From the sequence record NZ_CP119397.1: a stretch of DNA of 64,000 nt; one strand, written 5' to 3'. This DNA comes from a plasmid. Below the pieces are notes generated by a model, which did not search any database, had not been told where the DNA came from, and saw only the letters and a list, made by a program, of their open reading frames with translations. The position numbers and the translations under genes are program-made. Below, one piece after another: positions 60,467-64,000 of the stretch (position 1 is the stretch's first letter; the number at the start of each line of letters is the position of its first letter).

Positions 60467-62536
60467 ATGAAGTGGCTTTCTAAAAACGCAGTTCTGTTCT
60501 CTGTAAAAACCTGTCTTGCCGCCTTTCTGGCCCTGTTTATTTCCCTTGAACTTAACCTTGAAAAACCGGCCTGGGTCTTGACCACGGTCTATGTTGCCTC
60601 ACAGCTCTATTCCGCCTCGACCCTTTCCAAATCGGTGTTCCGCCTGTTGGGTACCCTCCTGGGGGGGCTGTTTATTTTCCTGATTTACCCCATCACGGTG
60701 CAAAGCCCGGTGCTGTTCAGCCTGTGCGTCTCGCTGTGGGTGGCGGCCTGCCTCTATCTTTCGCTGCATGACCGCACGCCGAAAAGTTATGTGTTTATGC
60801 TGGCGGGTTACAGCGCCGCCATTATGGGCTTTCCCAGTGTGGCGTCGGCCGGCTCCATCACGGACACGGTGATTTCCCGCATTGAAGAGATCACGGTGGC
60901 GATTGTCTGTAGCTCACTGGTGCACCGGCTGGTCTTCCCGGTGTCGATGCGCAGCCTGCTGGAACAGAGCGTCAGCGTCTGGTACCAGAACGGGCGCAAA
61001 CTGTGCAGCGAGCTGATCACCGTGTTGCCGAAAGACAAATCCCTGGCGCGGGAGGACATCCTGATCCAGATGGCGAACTTCCCGCTGAATGTCGAAACGC
61101 TGATCACCCATTGCGTGTATGAAGGCGATGCGGCGCGCAAGCTGATCCGCCTCGTCAGCGTGCAGTACCAGCACCTCTCTTACCTGATCCCGACGCTGAC
61201 CGCCATTGAGGTGCGGCTGAACCTGCTGGGCGAACAGCAGATCCGCTTTCCCGAGCCGGTGGCGCAGACATTCCGGCAGTTTCTGCACTGGCTGAACGGG
61301 GGTGACATCCTGCATGAGATTGATGCCGTCAAAGAGGCGCTGCACACCTGTCAGGCCGGGCTGCAACAGGCCTGGCAGCGCCGGGCGCTGGGCACGGAAG
61401 AGAGCATTTTGCTGATTGGCCTGCTGGAGCGGCTGGCGGATTTTGTGCGCATCGCCGGGGCGTACCAGAGCGTCAGCGTGCTGGTCAGCGATCTCTCCGG
61501 GGATACGCGGCTGGCGAAAAAGGCCCGCGCGCACCGCCACATTGATAAAGGCATGTTGCTGCTCTCGGCATTGACGGCTTTTCTCGCCACGTTCGGCTCC
61601 TGCCTGTTCTGGATTGGCAGCGGCTGGGCGGACGGGGCCACCGCCCCGATGATGGCGGCGATCCTCAGCTCCTTCTTTGCCGGGGCCGACACACCGCTGA
61701 CGCCGATGAAACTGTTTATCAAAGGGGTGCTGTTCGCGCTGGTGGTCAGCGTGCTGTATATCGCGTTGCTGATCCCGCAGGCCGTGACCTTCGAGGCGCT
61801 GCTGATTTGCCTGACGCCGGGGCTGATGGCGCTGGGGCTGGTGATCGCCCGGCCTGCCACCAACATGATTGGGCTGAGCGTCGCCACGCAGTTGCCGGGG
61901 TTTATCGGCATGAGCCACCACTTTGCGCCCAATCTGCCGGGGGTAATCAACACCGCGATGTCTGCGATGGTGGGGATCCTGTTCGCGGCCACCATTACCG
62001 CGGTTATCCGTAACAAGCGCCCGGCCTGGACGGCCAAACGCGCACTGCGCAAAGGGCTGCGTGACTTGCTGCGGTTCATCAAAGAGATTGAGCGCAACGC
62101 CTCGTCGCTGCTGGCGCGCCAGCAGTTTATCGCCCGTACGCTGGACAGGGTGAACATTATCCTGCCGCGCAAACGGCTCGACCCGGAGGCGGATCTGGAA
62201 TCCGGCGGGAACCTGATTGCAGAAGCGTGGATGGGGGCCTACTGCTTTGATTTCTATGCACGCGACCGTGAGGTGCTGGTGCAGTACCACATCGACAGCG
62301 GGCAGATGTTTCACGAGCTGGGGTTATACCTCAAGCGGCGTATGAAATCGCTGCACACCGCCCCGCACCCGGCGTTGCTGGAGGAGCTCGATTTACTGCT
62401 GTTCCGGCTGGAGATGCTGGCAAGCCGGGATGAGCGGGCGTTTAAGCCGCTGTTCTACTTGTTTAACATCCGGTTATTGCTGTTTCCGCAATTGCGCTGG
62501 CCGGGCCATGAGCACGACGCCGGTGACCCGGTGTGA
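60467..62536 (+). CDS. FUSC-family (fusaric-acid-resistance / AaeB-YccS-like) efflux membrane protein. The start may be 60398 or the internal ATG at 60467.
   Basis: ~690 aa, two blocks of TM helices separated by a cytoplasmic domain. YccS/YhfK-type pattern. Confidence 0.8.
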   Translation: MKWLSKNAVLFSVKTCLAAFLALFISLELNLEKPAWVLTTVYVASQLYSASTLSKSVFRLLGTLLGGLFIFLIYPITVQSPVLFSLCVSLWVAACLYLSLHDRTPKSYVFMLAGYSAAIMGFPSVASAGSITDTVISRIEEITVAIVCSSLVHRLVFPVSMRSLLEQSVSVWYQNGRKLCSELITVLPKDKSLAREDILIQMANFPLNVETLITHCVYEGDAARKLIRLVSVQYQHLSYLIPTLTAIEVRLNLLGEQQIRFPEPVAQTFRQFLHWLNGGDILHEIDAVKEALHTCQAGLQQAWQRRALGTEESILLIGLLERLADFVRIAGAYQSVSVLVSDLSGDTRLAKKARAHRHIDKGMLLLSALTAFLATFGSCLFWIGSGWADGATAPMMAAILSSFFAGADTPLTPMKLFIKGVLFALVVSVLYIALLIPQAVTFEALLICLTPGLMALGLVIARPATNMIGLSVATQLPGFIGMSHHFAPNLPGVINTAMSAMVGILFAATITAVIRNKRPAWTAKRALRKGLRDLLRFIKEIERNASSLLARQQFIARTLDRVNIILPRKRLDPEADLESGGNLIAEAWMGAYCFDFYARDREVLVQYHIDSGQMFHELGLYLKRRMKSLHTAPHPALLEELDLLLFRLEMLASRDERAFKPLFYLFNIRLLLFPQLRWPGHEHDAGDPV

Positions 62537-62542
62537 AGGTGC

Positions 62543-63016
62543 TCAGGAAAAGTCATAAATCAGCCTGAAGAAATTCTCTTCATTAAAGGGCGTGACGTGA
62601 TGCGGTTTCTGATGGTCAATGATCGCCCAGTTTTCAAAGTTCGCCCGGCTGTCCTGCATCCGCAGTTCAAACAGTTTTCTGTCACTGCGGTCATTGCCCA
62701 CGGAAACCAGGATACAGCCTTTCGCCCCGCCAAAATAATAGAGGCCCTGCGGCACAATAAAGAGGGTCTTTTTGCCGTTGGTCAGGCGCAGTTCCTGAAC
62801 CTGGTAGCGGGCGTAAGGCGCATTCCCGGCAGTCAGAAACGTTTCTGTCCTGTCACAGCGGACGCTGCTGTCCTGGAACCATAACTCGATGTTTTCGAAC
62901 AGGAAGGCAATTTCCCGTTGAAACATGGAGATATCCTCTTTCACGGCCTCAATCGCGGTTCTCTCTTCTTCCACGTTTTCACGCATCTTTTTGAAAAAGT
63001 CATCTTTGGCTGTCAT
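62543..63016 (-). CDS. Hypothetical protein, 157 aa, no recognisable family. It sits at the edge of a low-GC segment.
   Basis: Clean ORF with an ATG start. Its composition differs from the flanking high-GC genes. Confidence 0.5.
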   Translation of the reverse strand: MTAKDDFFKKMRENVEEERTAIEAVKEDISMFQREIAFLFENIELWFQDSSVRCDRTETFLTAGNAPYARYQVQELRLTNGKKTLFIVPQGLYYFGGAKGCILVSVGNDRSDRKLFELRMQDSRANFENWAIIDHQKPHHVTPFNEENFFRLIYDFS

Positions 63017-64000
63017 TGGGTGCTCCTTTATTTATCACAATGCCGCAGCAGGTATTTTTTGAGCGTATCACCCGGCTGCACAGGGTGCATTTTTCCTGCC
63101 ATCATTTTATCTCACCGACTTATTTCCCCGCGCTTCGCTTTCTCACTTTTCCTTATTGAACAAAGAGAGCACATTCTTATTTCCCGTGGTGCCCGGCCGG
63201 GGCATACGGCGGATAAACCGCCCGGTGTCATTTTTCATAAAAAAAATCAGTGATGGCCCTGCACCGCATGGCAGGCGCGGCTGCATGGCGGGCGGAACCC
63301 GGCGCGGAAAGGGGTTGCCGGGCCCTGCCGGCGGGGGGTGTGAAAAAAGCTTCACCGTTGCGTGGTGGTTTTCTGTTATTTAACAGGGGGTACGGAAAAC
63401 AGCCTGAAACCGTTATTTCCGCCTCTCTCATAAATCATCATTTTTTAAAAAAATGGGTTGACATTATAGCAGCGAATACTACATTTAAGGTGACGATGAG
63501 ATGACAAATGATCAAGGCATCAGGCGAAGGGTGCCGCTGTTTATATCTTGTTGTTGCCATGCAGTTATCTGTATGAAGAGATGTGCGATAAAGGCCACGA
63601 AGTGAATGTTGTATGGGAAGGTTACGCCCGGCGTTTATTCCTGGGGTGTATTTACGTAACCACGCTTTCAGGCCACGTAATAGCAGTTGCTCATCGCACG
63701 CAGGGGGAACTACCGCGATAATCAGGTTCTTTATTGCCGTGGGTTCTTTAGCGGCGCGGTTATATTACGCAACGGCAGTTATCAGGCCGTGAAATAAAGA
63801 ATGCCTATCGCAGGGCGGTGTACTGAGCCGGCTGCGCATCCGGGCTGGCGGTATAGCGGAGTATTTCCTACGCGTCAGTGTCATCAACGCGTTATACAGG
63901 AGGACATAGTTATCGGGTGTCATATATTCCTGTTATTACAGTGCACCTCATCAGATGTGCAAACCGAAGTATCATGTTGTTAAGTCAGTAAATGTTAATG

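Noticed and set aside
63156-63504. Small overlapping ORFs (63143..63355 -, 63156..63383 +, 63228..63431 -, 63250..63504 +) in the terminal non-coding stretch.
   Set aside because: They overlap each other with no SD and locally GC-rich repeat-like content. They are not credible as genes. Only the SD-preceded 34-codon Cys-rich micro-ORF at 63501 was kept, as a finding.

Overview
The window reads as a ~59% GC enterobacterial-type chromosomal segment, mostly high-confidence housekeeping and catabolic genes on both strands, with a few lower-GC inserts. I found no integrase, transposase, CRISPR array or rRNA.

Recognisable loci, in order:
- Partial sensor-kinase C-terminus at the window edge.
- A low-GC islet (290-1430) with an orphan hexapeptide O-acetyltransferase, lying between the kinase and a convergent FixJ/LuxR response regulator.
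- An extradiol dioxygenase / LysR / pirin group.
- A GcvA-like LysR gene frameshifted in a poly-A tract, divergent from an MFS-SDR-split-transketolase operon.
- A decayed higBA toxin-antitoxin pair.
- sad (yneI), pptA and a yahK-like dehydrogenase.
- A small envelope-protein cluster that includes a His-rich secreted protein.
- An alpha-glucoside PTS operon (GntR regulator, aglA-like IICB, aglB-like GH4 6-phospho-alpha-glucosidase).
- tehB-norW-norV with a sigma54 promoter, divergent from norR.
- An XRE/RelE-family TA pair next to an atypical tRNA-like gene and a cspA-family gene.
- kbp (ygaU), a CitMHS transporter, assorted regulators, azlCD, a nitroreductase, a MocR regulator and an EamA/GNAT pair.
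- A chemotaxis receptor, a GGDEF cyclase, nudK, a DeoR regulator, and two cupins flanking a LysR regulator.
- The dat-ddc 1,3-diaminopropane operon, an HPP protein and a FUSC efflux protein.
- A low-GC tail (62.5-64 kb) with an orphan 157-aa protein and a 1-kb non-coding stretch.

The best candidate for an undescribed system is a tightly coupled six-gene operon at 40.4-46.9 kb under a divergent GntR(FCD) regulator. It encodes an AA_synth (PF06684) protein, an alpha/beta-hydrolase, a flavin reductase fused to an unassigned C-terminal domain, an LLM monooxygenase, an aldehyde dehydrogenase and an NCS1 permease. It is analogous to, but not orthologous with, the Rut pyrimidine-degradation logic. 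Two small overlapping-gene modules (38183-38691 and 26158-26846) look like uncharacterised or atypical toxin-antitoxin-like pairs.

Coordinate caveat: my hand-indexing of positions can be off by 1-2 nt in places, including one spot (~47034-47062) where my read of the displayed sequence disagreed with the ORF track. Gene boundaries therefore follow the ORF track.
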